Source: Prochlorococcus marinus subsp. pastoris str. CCMP1986
GTDB taxonomy: Bacteria; Cyanobacteriota; Cyanobacteriia; PCC-6307; Cyanobiaceae
Direction of reading: 5' to 3'
Assembly (NCBI RefSeq): GCF_000011465.1
Contig: NC_005072.1
Location: forward strand, 600,001 to 632,000
DNA length: 32,000 bases
Below the pieces are notes generated by a model. The model had not been told where the DNA came from and did not search any database. It saw only the letters and a list, made by a program, of their open reading frames with translations. The stretch's first letter is position 1; each line of letters starts with the position of its first letter. Shown piece by piece: positions 17,875 through 26,012 of the stretch. A program made the translations under genes and the position numbers.

Positions 17875-19507
17875 TATTTAAACAAGCTCTTCTGCTTATG
17901 GCCATCATCGTCAGGGTGGGACTTTGCCATGAAGAAGTTGGCCAACATGCACCATCTAGTACAAGGACATTTTTGCATCTCCATAGCTGATTTGATTTAT
18001 TGACGACACTTTCTTCCTCACTAAATCCCATAGCTGCTCCCCCTACTTCATGAATATAATATCCTGGTGGTGGTGGACTTCCTGACAGTGCAATAGATTT
18101 TTCTGTAAATAACCCTATATATGGGATATTTATGAGCTCATCCATTCTTCTGATTTTTCCATCTGCCGCTTTTATTGAATCTCTTATCGTACTTTCCATA
18201 TGTTTAGCCATATTTAATTCGTTTTCACTCCATTTGAATTCAATATGAGGGATTGGAATCCCCCAGCTATCTGTTCTCTTAGAGAGAGTTACTGAATTTT
18301 CTTTTCTTGGTAGGACCTCACCATGGGCGATTAGAAACCCCGTAGAAGAATTTAATTCTTTTTGTAAAAACTTAGGAATTCCAAGCCTATCAATTGCTCC
18401 CCAAATTCCATAGCCTCTTAAAAAGTTAATACTTTCAGGTTTAGGTAAGTTTGACCCGAAGGGTATGAAAAAACTCCCTGCGCCCGATAGGTCAGGATAA
18501 GAATTAGAATTAAAATTATTTTTTTTCTGAATTTTATTAGGAATTGAAAAAAACCTACAGATAGAAATATGATCCATCAAATATTTTCCTAACTTGCCGG
18601 AGATATCTTTAAAACCTGAAGAATTTGATTTGGATTCCGAGTTAAGTAGAATTCTAAGTGTTGATATTGTGGATGCACATAGAATAATTAAATCGCAATT
18701 TAATGATATTCTTTTACCATTTACTAGATTTACAATGATTATTTTTGTAGCCAGCTCAGTTATTTTGTCTGTTTCGAATGATTCTACGAGGTGATTAGAA
18801 AGTATTTGAACATTTCCGGTGCTTATGGCTTTTTTAAAGGTGGTCCCGACACTTGAAGATCTTGGCCATTGGTCTTCTTTAACTGAGGAGTTACGGTCAA
18901 ATCCTCTAGATTGAATAAATGGGTAGTTTAATTTTAATTTAACTTGATTCCCAAAAATACTTTCATTACTTGTGAGAGGTATTTCACCAATATATTTCCC
19001 ATCTGGAACTTCTTCAATGTTATCTTTTTGTCCATAAATTCCACAAAACTTCTCAATAAAATCATAATGAGGCGACAATTCATCGTAGGTTATAGGCCAA
19101 TCTGGTCCGTACCCATCTTTTTTTGATGGGTGAAAATCATCTGGAGAAAATCTCAAGGTAATACCTCCCCAAGTTAATGATCTACCTCCAAATTGCTTCC
19201 CTTGAGTCCAAAGGAATGGCTTCTCTTTTGATTGGCTATAAGGATGATTTAATTCATTTGAATATAAATCAGGGTTATTTTTCCAATAACCAGGATGTTT
19301 ACTTTGATTAGCATGTTTCTTTGAGATTATTCCCGAAAATCTGTTTAAGGTATCTTTCGGCTCATTACTACTGGCCTCATTTCTTTTAATTTGAGGTCCT
19401 GCTTCTATTACTAGAACTCTAATTCCTTGTTCGGCCAAAGTAAGTGCAGCTACTCCTCCTGTTGCTCCTGAACCTACTACGATTGCATCAAAAGGATTTA
19501 TATCCAA
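17861..19507 (-). CDS. GMC-family FAD oxidoreductase
   Basis: Has the N-terminal FDAIVVGSGATGGVAALTLAEQGIRVLVIEAGP (GxGxxG plus the EAG signature) and the C-terminal HEVGGAAMG....NVLVLDGACWPTSS typical of GMC oxidoreductases. Confidence 0.85.
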   Translation of the reverse strand: MDINPFDAIVVGSGATGGVAALTLAEQGIRVLVIEAGPQIKRNEASSNEPKDTLNRFSGIISKKHANQSKHPGYWKNNPDLYSNELNHPYSQSKEKPFLWTQGKQFGGRSLTWGGITLRFSPDDFHPSKKDGYGPDWPITYDELSPHYDFIEKFCGIYGQKDNIEEVPDGKYIGEIPLTSNESIFGNQVKLKLNYPFIQSRGFDRNSSVKEDQWPRSSSVGTTFKKAISTGNVQILSNHLVESFETDKITELATKIIIVNLVNGKRISLNCDLIILCASTISTLRILLNSESKSNSSGFKDISGKLGKYLMDHISICRFFSIPNKIQKKNNFNSNSYPDLSGAGSFFIPFGSNLPKPESINFLRGYGIWGAIDRLGIPKFLQKELNSSTGFLIAHGEVLPRKENSVTLSKRTDSWGIPIPHIEFKWSENELNMAKHMESTIRDSIKAADGKIRRMDELINIPYIGLFTEKSIALSGSPPPPGYYIHEVGGAAMGFSEEESVVNKSNQLWRCKNVLVLDGACWPTSSWQSPTLTMMAISRRACLNIKKN

Positions 19508-19615
19508 AATCTACTTTTATATTTTTCATATCAACAAATATAGCATTCAGTTAAATATATATTTCTTGTTTTCAACTTAAGAAGTTAGAATTTATTTAAA
19601 CATTTTTAGATTTAA

Positions 19616-20089
19616 ATGAGATTTATAATATTGATTATTTGCTCGATTACTTTAATCTTTCCATTGAGTTGTTTCGCAGCATTAGATTACGGTAAACAAT
19701 CATTATTAGGAACTGATTTTTCGGGATCTGATTTACAAGGTGCAACTTTCTATTTGACAGATTTACAGGATGCAAATTTGTCAGATTGTGATCTTCAAAA
19801 TGCAAGCTTATATGGAGCAAAATTAAAGGATACTAATTTAAGTAATTCTAATTTAAGAGAAGTTACTCTAGACTCCGCAGTGTTGGACGGAACTGATCTA
19901 ACAAATACTAATTTAGAGGATTCTTTTGCTTATAGTACACAATTTGAAAATGTAAAAATTCAAGGAGCAGATTTCACAAATGTCTACTTGCCAAAGGATG
20001 TTTTAAGGGAATTTTGTAAAGACGCCTCTGGAACTAATCCTTTTACTAATAGAGAAACTAGAGAAACTTTGGAATGCGATTATATTTAA
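19616..20089 (+). CDS. Secreted/lumenal pentapeptide-repeat protein
   Basis: A signal peptide (MRFIILIICSITLIFPLSCFA) is followed by tandem A(D/N)LxX pentapeptides (LQGATFYLTDLQDANLSDCDLQNASLYGAKLKDTNLSNSNLREVTL...). Confidence 0.85.
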   Translation: MRFIILIICSITLIFPLSCFAALDYGKQSLLGTDFSGSDLQGATFYLTDLQDANLSDCDLQNASLYGAKLKDTNLSNSNLREVTLDSAVLDGTDLTNTNLEDSFAYSTQFENVKIQGADFTNVYLPKDVLREFCKDASGTNPFTNRETRETLECDYI

Positions 20090-20090
20090 A

Positions 20091-20477
20091 CTAAACAAAT
20101 GAAAGTTCTTTCTTTATTGTTCTCTGTTTATAAAGTGATCGCCCCACAGGCCAACCTAAAGTAAATAAATGTCTTATTAAAGTATTTGAGTATCTGTAAT
20201 TTAATTTACTAGAAAAACTTATTTCCAATTCATTTAAAGTTTTTATTAATAAACTAAGGTCTTGCTTTTTACCTTTCTTTTTATCTAATAAAATCAAATC
20301 GCTACGCAGTAGCTTATTTTTCAGGATTCTATCATTTTCAGCAAAGCCTACTTCTATTGAATTAAACCTATCAGAATAAAGAGAATAAAGTATTCCAAAT
20401 TTAGATTTTTGAGGTACTAAATTTAAAGATGATGAAATAAATTTCCGATATTCTTTATTTAATTTTTTTGATACCAT
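20091..20477 (-). CDS. Hypothetical basic protein, translationally coupled to the upstream RHH-domain gene
   Basis: The track ORF reaches 20507. An in-frame ATG (MVSKKLNKEY...) at 20477 lies 1 nt after the upstream gene's stop codon (20479..20481), which suggests coupling. I recognised no motif. Confidence 0.5.
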   Translation of the reverse strand: MVSKKLNKEYRKFISSSLNLVPQKSKFGILYSLYSDRFNSIEVGFAENDRILKNKLLRSDLILLDKKKGKKQDLSLLIKTLNELEISFSSKLNYRYSNTLIRHLFTLGWPVGRSLYKQRTIKKELSFV

Positions 20478-20478
20478 T

Positions 20479-20976
20479 TTATTTTTGTTCGTTTTGAGAA
20501 ATCTCATATTTTTCTAATAAATTATTCACTTCTGCTAAGGCAATTCTTTTCTGACAAGCAGAATCATATCGATTAATTGCTATCGATGGAATCGAACCTT
20601 TGCTCTTCATTTCTCTTAGACCAGTTTCTAAACACTGAAATGCAACACTTGATAGATCGCGGCCTTCTGCAGCTGCCCAAACTTTTAAAAGATAATTGAG
20701 ATTTGAAGGAACGGATATTTGAACCTTGTTTGAATTAGAAGTATTTAAAGCAATGTCATCGAGGCTTATTTCTTTTGAGGATATAGTTTCTTTAACTTTT
20801 TTCTTTAAATTTCTAACTTGTCCTAATGCATCTTGATTGTTTTTAAATTTTCTCTCTATTTCAAATAAATCTTCTTCGGTATTAATTAAAGCTTCTAACG
20901 CCCACTTTGCGTCATCCTCCGCAATAGTTGTGCTCTTAAGCCATTCATCTCTAATGTAAGACCAATTCTTGGACAT
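20479..20976 (-). CDS. Hypothetical protein with a C-terminal ribbon-helix-helix (CopG/Arc/MetJ-like) DNA-binding pattern
   Basis: VQISVPSNLNYLLKVWAAAEGRDLSSVAFQCLETGLREM follows the RHH beta-strand/helix-G-x-S/helix pattern. The N-terminal half is charged and coiled-coil-like. Confidence 0.5.
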   Translation of the reverse strand: MSKNWSYIRDEWLKSTTIAEDDAKWALEALINTEEDLFEIERKFKNNQDALGQVRNLKKKVKETISSKEISLDDIALNTSNSNKVQISVPSNLNYLLKVWAAAEGRDLSSVAFQCLETGLREMKSKGSIPSIAINRYDSACQKRIALAEVNNLLEKYEISQNEQK

Positions 20977-21166
20977 AAATTCTTAGCTATAATCTAAGAA
21001 TAGTTTAATCTATTTAAATTGTCTATAGATTCTATTCAGAATATGTTTAGACTGTAGTATTTATATCAGCATTATAAATTTTTTAAAAAACAATAACTTT
21101 TTTCTAATCTGATTAAGAATTTCGACCTTTGGGACGACACACAGTTCTATGCAAATAAAAATAGCT

Positions 21167-21544
21167 TTAAGGATCAAAGTCTTTACATCTTGATCTTTCG
21201 TTTTCGTAATCTTTGATTGCATTATCCCATTCTGATAAATCTGCATCTTTCCTAAAAATATATAAATCCATTTGCTTGGAATAATTTAGTGATTCAATCC
21301 AACTATTCATTGAGGAATTACAAAAAATTATACTTCCAAATTTGTCATAGTCTATAGAATCCCTTTTTGCAGCAAATTCCGCATTTGCACGTTTCTTATC
21401 TAATTCTTTATATTTCAAATCCTCAATAGTAGGTTTTGAAAAAATTAAGGATGCTTTTTTCTCTAAGTTTAAATATATAAGAAGGCATCCTCCCATAAAA
21501 ATAAGAATAGCCACTCTAATTAGCCAAGTTATAGCTTTATCCAT
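21167..21544 (-). CDS. Hypothetical membrane-anchored protein
   Basis: A 125-aa ORF with one N-terminal TM helix (WLIRVAILIFMGGCLLIYL) and a charged soluble part. No motif recognised. Confidence 0.5.
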   Translation of the reverse strand: MDKAITWLIRVAILIFMGGCLLIYLNLEKKASLIFSKPTIEDLKYKELDKKRANAEFAAKRDSIDYDKFGSIIFCNSSMNSWIESLNYSKQMDLYIFRKDADLSEWDNAIKDYENERSRCKDFDP

Positions 21545-21571
21545 TAATACTTAATTTTGTCTTGACACGGC

Positions 21572-21620
21572 AAAGTAAAAACAAGAAACCCTTCCAGAAA
21601 TTCCCACTACCAGAAGGGTT
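21572..21620 (-). terminator. Rho-independent terminator (minus strand)
   Basis: On the minus strand, AACCCUUCUGG-uagugggaauuu-CUGGAAGGGUU forms an 8 bp Watson-Crick stem, extendable to 11 bp with two G-U pairs. UUCUUGUUUUU follows immediately. Confidence 0.5.
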
Positions 21621-21734
21621 ATTAAATTGAATACACTACTATACGTAATCAATCTATGTCTTGGAGTTAAACATATATTCAACTCATTGAGGTTTGGCCT
21701 CAATTAATTTATAGCAAAATAATTAGAAACCAAC

Positions 21735-21887
21735 CTATTTATTTACTACTTTTCCTCCATACTGTCTAACTATTTTATCTAACAAAATACGCATATCTTT
21801 ATTTTTAAGTTTCTCTATTTGCTGCAAATTTTCAAGAAGATCACATATTTGATCCTGTGTATCTTCATTTAATTCAGAAATTGCCAT
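21735..21887 (-). CDS. Unannotated 50-aa ORF directly downstream of gloA
   Basis: Hand translation gives MAISELNEDTQDQICDLLENLQQIEKLKNKDMRILLDKIVRQYGGKVVNK*. The ATG is 2 nt after the gloA stop (21890..21892). It falls below the ORF-track length cutoff. Confidence 0.4.
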   Translation of the reverse strand: MAISELNEDTQDQICDLLENLQQIEKLKNKDMRILLDKIVRQYGGKVVNK

Positions 21888-21889
21888 AA

Positions 21890-22279
21890 CTAATCTCTTT
21901 CAATAAGTTCAATCTTATATCCATCAGGATCTTCAACAAATGCAAGAACAGTTGTGCTGTTTTTCATCGTTTTTGGTTTAGTCGTAACATTACAGCCGTT
22001 ATCTTCTAATCCCTGGCAAATGTCATATATATCTTTTACACCAATAGCGATATGTCCATACTTATTTCCAAGCTCGTAGTCTTCTGATTTCTTGCTCCAA
22101 TTATGAGTCAACTCAATTACTGCATTATCTTTCTCAGAACCATAGCCAACAAAAGCTAAAGTAAATTCTCCATGAGGATAATCTTTCCTTCTTATAAGAT
22201 TCATCCCTAATATATTTACATAAAAATCAATAGACTTATCTAAATCACCAACTCTCAACATGGTGTGTAAAATTCTCAT
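21890..22279 (-). CDS. gloA: Lactoylglutathione lyase (glyoxalase I)
   Basis: MRILHTMLRVGDLDKSIDFYVNILGM...ELTHNW....YELGNKYGHIAIGV...AFVEDPDGYKIELIE is a near-textbook GloA pattern. Confidence 0.9.
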   Translation of the reverse strand: MRILHTMLRVGDLDKSIDFYVNILGMNLIRRKDYPHGEFTLAFVGYGSEKDNAVIELTHNWSKKSEDYELGNKYGHIAIGVKDIYDICQGLEDNGCNVTTKPKTMKNSTTVLAFVEDPDGYKIELIERD

Positions 22280-22369
22280 TTAAAGTTTAATTGTTTATAT
22301 ACAATGATATTTAGTAAAGTTGGTTTTTAGGAAAATACGTTAAATTAAATATTAAAGAGTAGGTTTTAA

Positions 22370-22804
22370 TTGAATCAAATAATTCAACGAGCAACTTCAG
22401 TTATTTTTTATACTTTGCCATTAAAGGCTTCATTGCCTTTTGGATACTATTTATTATATAAATTTTCTTTTTTAAAAGTACTTTTATTTCTCACATTCCC
22501 TGTCGCGATAATTGAAAGATCCTTACCTTTTGGGGGTTTATTATTCTTTATAATATTGTTTGCAGGAGTTGTAAGAAATCCAAATGTCCCCTATTTCATA
22601 AGATATAACGCTTGCCAAGCATTACTCCTTGATATTGCCTTGATCATAATTAGTTATCTATTACGTATTTTGCCTTTAGTTGAATTTGGTTCAATAGTAT
22701 TTGTATTTTCACTATCTATTTTTATTTTTTCTATCTTCCAGTGTATTAATGGCGTTGAACCCGAAATACCGTTTATTAGCAAATCTGTAAGAATGCAAAT
22801 TTGA
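22370..22804 (+). CDS. Tic20/Ycf60-like integral membrane protein
   Basis: Has four TM segments and the Tic20-family cues YTLPL...P... and RYNACQALLLDI. Confidence 0.65.
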   Translation: MNQIIQRATSVIFYTLPLKASLPFGYYLLYKFSFLKVLLFLTFPVAIIERSLPFGGLLFFIILFAGVVRNPNVPYFIRYNACQALLLDIALIIISYLLRILPLVEFGSIVFVFSLSIFIFSIFQCINGVEPEIPFISKSVRMQI

Positions 22805-22838
22805 ATACCTTCATAAATTTTTGTTTACTTGCGAATTT

Positions 22839-23168
22839 TTAACATTCATTGAAAATAGATTCCCATCTTTTTTGACTAAATTTTATAGCTTCCAACGGTG
22901 GTTCTGTTCCTCCTACTTCAAATGCTTTAATTAAGGATTTATTAGCTAATAATCCTAACCTTGCAGCTTCTCTCTGTCTTGAACATACATTTTTTCTAGA
23001 ACCATCTTTGAGATTAGTTTCTATTTCTTTGAGAATTTTACTGGCTTCATTTGATTTAGAGTAAAAATCATTCATATAAACATCAAGAGGTGTTTCAGCT
23101 AGTGTTTTATTTGGTGAAAAGATGAAAGTTAGCAAAATTAAAAAAGAGATAATGATAAATCTGCTCAT
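22839..23168 (-). CDS. Hypothetical secreted protein
   Basis: Has a signal peptide (MSRFIIISFLILLTFIFSPNKTLA). Its ATG overlaps the upstream gene's stop (4-nt overlap at 23165..23168), which suggests an operon. Confidence 0.5.
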   Translation of the reverse strand: MSRFIIISFLILLTFIFSPNKTLAETPLDVYMNDFYSKSNEASKILKEIETNLKDGSRKNVCSRQREAARLGLLANKSLIKAFEVGGTEPPLEAIKFSQKRWESIFNEC

Positions 23169-23761
23169 TTCAAAATCTTAGATAATTTATTTTTTGACCT
23201 TTTTAATACTAAATAAAAAGTTATTACACTAATAGTCCCTGATGGGCCAATAAAAACATGCCAAATTTGATTTCCAGTTATTGATAGATTTGTTCCAAAG
23301 AAAGTTGTAAAAAGAATGCCAAATATTGGGTAAGCAATGAAGATCCAATCTTTAAACATTCGTTGCCAATTTATAATCAAGAATATACTAATAATTACTT
23401 GTAAAGAGAGAGCGATCGTTTTATCTATTAATAAATAGGAAACTATTGAGCAAAAACAAAGGAAGATATTTGTTCCAATAGCAAATTTATTTTTAATAAC
23501 TGATATGGTAAAACTTGTTAAGCCTAATGCAAGAAAAGTATAAAAAAACCAATTAAAGAGAGAAGAATGATCTATATAAATCCAATTTGTTTTTGTATGA
23601 TCAATCATCTCAAACATTGAGGCTAAACCTAAAAAAATAAAACCAAAGGGAATAAGAATATGGTTTTTAATATTTTTAAATTTATTAATTGATTTAATTC
23701 CAAAAATTATTGGAACAATTACTGCTTGCAAATGTGCAGAAAATAAGAGAAAGAAAAACAA
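23165..23761 (-). CDS. Hypothetical polytopic membrane protein
   Basis: A 198-aa ORF with about 6 hydrophobic helices and an apparent TTG start. No motif recognised. Confidence 0.5.
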   Translation of the reverse strand: MFFFLLFSAHLQAVIVPIIFGIKSINKFKNIKNHILIPFGFIFLGLASMFEMIDHTKTNWIYIDHSSLFNWFFYTFLALGLTSFTISVIKNKFAIGTNIFLCFCSIVSYLLIDKTIALSLQVIISIFLIINWQRMFKDWIFIAYPIFGILFTTFFGTNLSITGNQIWHVFIGPSGTISVITFYLVLKRSKNKLSKILK

Positions 23762-23817
23762 ATTTATTTAAATATCCTCAACTTAATTTAAATTCAAATT
23801 TAATATGAAGGTGTAAA

Positions 23818-24030
23818 TTATCTCAAAAGAGAAATATACCATTGCCCAACCAAGACAATTAATAATGTGAGAACCAAGGGAAAAGCAGGATAGCGAGTTT
23901 GGAAATTTGCTGGTGGCCAAGGAGACCATGAGATTAATCTACCTTTGGGTTCTTTTGAAGTAATTATTTTTTTTGTTTTATTGGTACTTTGTGTTTTTGT
24001 TGCAAATCCTTTTCCCATAGCTATTGCCAA
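23818..24030 (-). CDS. Small hypothetical protein with a C-terminal TM helix
   Basis: A 70-aa ORF with a basic N-terminus and a WSPWPP...FPLVLTLLIVLVGQWYI anchor. There is no competing ORF. Weak support. Confidence 0.4.
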   Translation of the reverse strand: MAIAMGKGFATKTQSTNKTKKIITSKEPKGRLISWSPWPPANFQTRYPAFPLVLTLLIVLVGQWYISLLR

Positions 24031-24122
24031 AAATTAACTCTAACAAAAACAAAAATAAACAGTGTATTTAAAACCAAATAAGATCTGTATTGGATTACCA
24101 TTTGAATAGTCTTGTTTTTAAT

Positions 24123-24326
24123 ATGGGAGAAGCTAAAAGAAGGAAAGATTTGGGTTTACCACCTAGAGAAAAAGAATTTGTTTTACCCGAATTTAATAAA
24201 GATAAGGTCAAGCAGAAAGTTAGAAATACTTTATATAAATATCCGATTATTCCTTTCGTATTTTATGGTGTTGCAATTGTTATCCTTTTTGTTGGCGTAT
24301 TTGGTGTCATTAAATACTATAAGTAA
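24123..24326 (+). CDS. Small membrane protein of the MGEAKRRK-type (DUF2839-like by recollection)
   Basis: The internal ATG at 24123 gives MGEAKRRKDLGLPPREKE... with one C-terminal TM helix, which is the usual N-terminus for this cyanobacterial family. The track ORF extends to 24090. Confidence 0.55.
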   Translation: MGEAKRRKDLGLPPREKEFVLPEFNKDKVKQKVRNTLYKYPIIPFVFYGVAIVILFVGVFGVIKYYK

Positions 24327-24355
24327 TGATTGATTATTTTTTTGAATAAATAATA

Positions 24356-24646
24356 ATGTGGGAATTAGAAAAGATTGCAAAAGTTTTAAAATATAGAATG
24401 TTGAAATCAGAAGAAGGATTAGATAATAAACCCTCTATATTATTCTGTGGAATGGATTCCTATCAAAAGAGAGATCTTCACAGCGAAGCAAAAAAAGCAG
24501 GATTCAAACCTGTATATTCAATGAAGCATCCATCAATAAAAGTCTTAATGCAAAGGTCATCATCAAGAAAAATAGAAACTGATAAGTACAAAACGACCAC
24601 TATCGACATAGAACATTTTTGGTATATGTGTAGACATCTTTTATGA
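24356..24646 (+). CDS. Small hypothetical protein with a BRCT-like sequence pattern
   Basis: SILFCGMDSYQKRDLHSEAKKAGFKPVYSM...IKVLMQ...TTTIDIEHFWYMC follows the BRCT beta1-alpha1-beta2-beta3...W..C layout. This is a pattern-level call only. Confidence 0.4.
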   Translation: MWELEKIAKVLKYRMLKSEEGLDNKPSILFCGMDSYQKRDLHSEAKKAGFKPVYSMKHPSIKVLMQRSSSRKIETDKYKTTTIDIEHFWYMCRHLL

Positions 24647-24954
24647 AAAATGATTTATTAATATTCAGATTAATGAAGCAAGCGCGCTAAGAGTTAATCA
24701 ATAAAACCTTAAGATCAAAAAATAAGTAGTTCTATTATCTAAATATAAATCCGTAACTTGGTAAGTCATCCTCAGACTCTAAAGAAAACTAGAATTTAAA
24801 CAATCAGTAGTAGATCAATAGTAAAAGTCACAACAAGATCCCTTCAAAGTTTCAGTTTAACTATGCTTACTAAATCAATTGGTTAAAATAAAATAAATAA
24901 TTTTTTTCGAGAGAATAACTTAATTTCAAATAATTAAAAGGTAACTTTGACAAA

Positions 24955-25677
24955 ATGGCAACTAGAATAAATAAATATTTAAGTGAAGTCGGCTACTGCT
25001 CTAGAAGAGTAGCAGATAGTCTAATTGAAGAAGGAAAAGTAACTATTAATGGTGAAATTCCAGAAATGGGTACCAAGGTAGAGGAAGGAGATCAAGTAGA
25101 AGTTGAAGGTCAAAGAATTGAAAAATCAATGAAACATGAAAAAATATACTTAGTTTTTAATAAACCTGTTGGAATTGTTTGCACAACCGATAGAAGAGTA
25201 GAATCCGACAATATAATAGATTTTATTAAATATCCCACAAGAATTTTTCCAATTGGAAGATTGGATAAGCCCAGTGAGGGATTAATTTTCTTAACTAACG
25301 ATGGCGATATCGTAAATAAAATACTCAGAGCAAGAAATAATCATGAAAAAGAATACATAGTAAGCGTTAATCGACCGATTAATAGAGACTTTATTCAAAG
25401 CATGAGTAATGGCGTTGAAATATTAGGTACCATTACTAAGAATTGTTTCGTAAAACAATTGGGGCCAAAAAAATTCAGAATCATACTCACTCAAGGACTT
25501 AACCGTCAGATTAGGAGAATGTGTGAGTCTTTAGGATTCAGAGTAAAATCATTAAAGCGTGTAAGAATTATGAATATTAAGTTAGACGTATCAATAGGAG
25601 AATATCGCGAATTTACCAAAGAAGAACTCTTTGAATTGAATAAATTACTCGAAAACTCTTCAAAAACATATGACTAA
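24955..25677 (+). CDS. rluF: 23S rRNA pseudouridine synthase, RluF/RsuA family
   Basis: Has an S4 domain (RINKYLSEVGYCSRRVADSLIEEGKVTING), the catalytic FPIGRLDKPSEGLIFLTNDGD, plus HEKEYIV and QGLNRQIRRMCE. The similarity to E. coli RluF is very close throughout. Confidence 0.9.
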   Translation: MATRINKYLSEVGYCSRRVADSLIEEGKVTINGEIPEMGTKVEEGDQVEVEGQRIEKSMKHEKIYLVFNKPVGIVCTTDRRVESDNIIDFIKYPTRIFPIGRLDKPSEGLIFLTNDGDIVNKILRARNNHEKEYIVSVNRPINRDFIQSMSNGVEILGTITKNCFVKQLGPKKFRIILTQGLNRQIRRMCESLGFRVKSLKRVRIMNIKLDVSIGEYREFTKEELFELNKLLENSSKTYD

Positions 25678-25756
25678 TCAAAAAGCCTATATTTCCAATA
25701 AAAAAGTGCTTTTGGTTTTCCAAAAACACAAGTTAAATTTGCTTGTCTATTAATTA

Positions 25757-25846
<90 letters not shown>

Positions 25847-26012
25847 AGGTGAAAAATATTAAATTTTTAACGTTATTATTATAGCAAAAGAAGGTTAATT
25901 TTTTAGGGAACTTTTGTGAAACACGTGTATAATTTTATATGAAATCGGTTGATATAACTAGATATCAATCTAGTTTTCAAGAAATATATGACATTAAAGA
26001 AGTCAATAAATT

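Noticed and set aside
21061-21246. A 61-aa minus-strand ORF overlaps the 3' end of 21167..21544. I considered a frameshifted longer gene.
   Set aside because: The translation is low-complexity (KKLLFFKKFIMLI) with no start context. Nothing suggests the 125-aa gene is truncated.
24112-24333. A 73-aa ORF overlaps 24090..24326 in another frame.
   Set aside because: The competing frame gives the recognisable MGEAKRRK...TM-helix small protein. This frame gives a featureless hydrophobic string.
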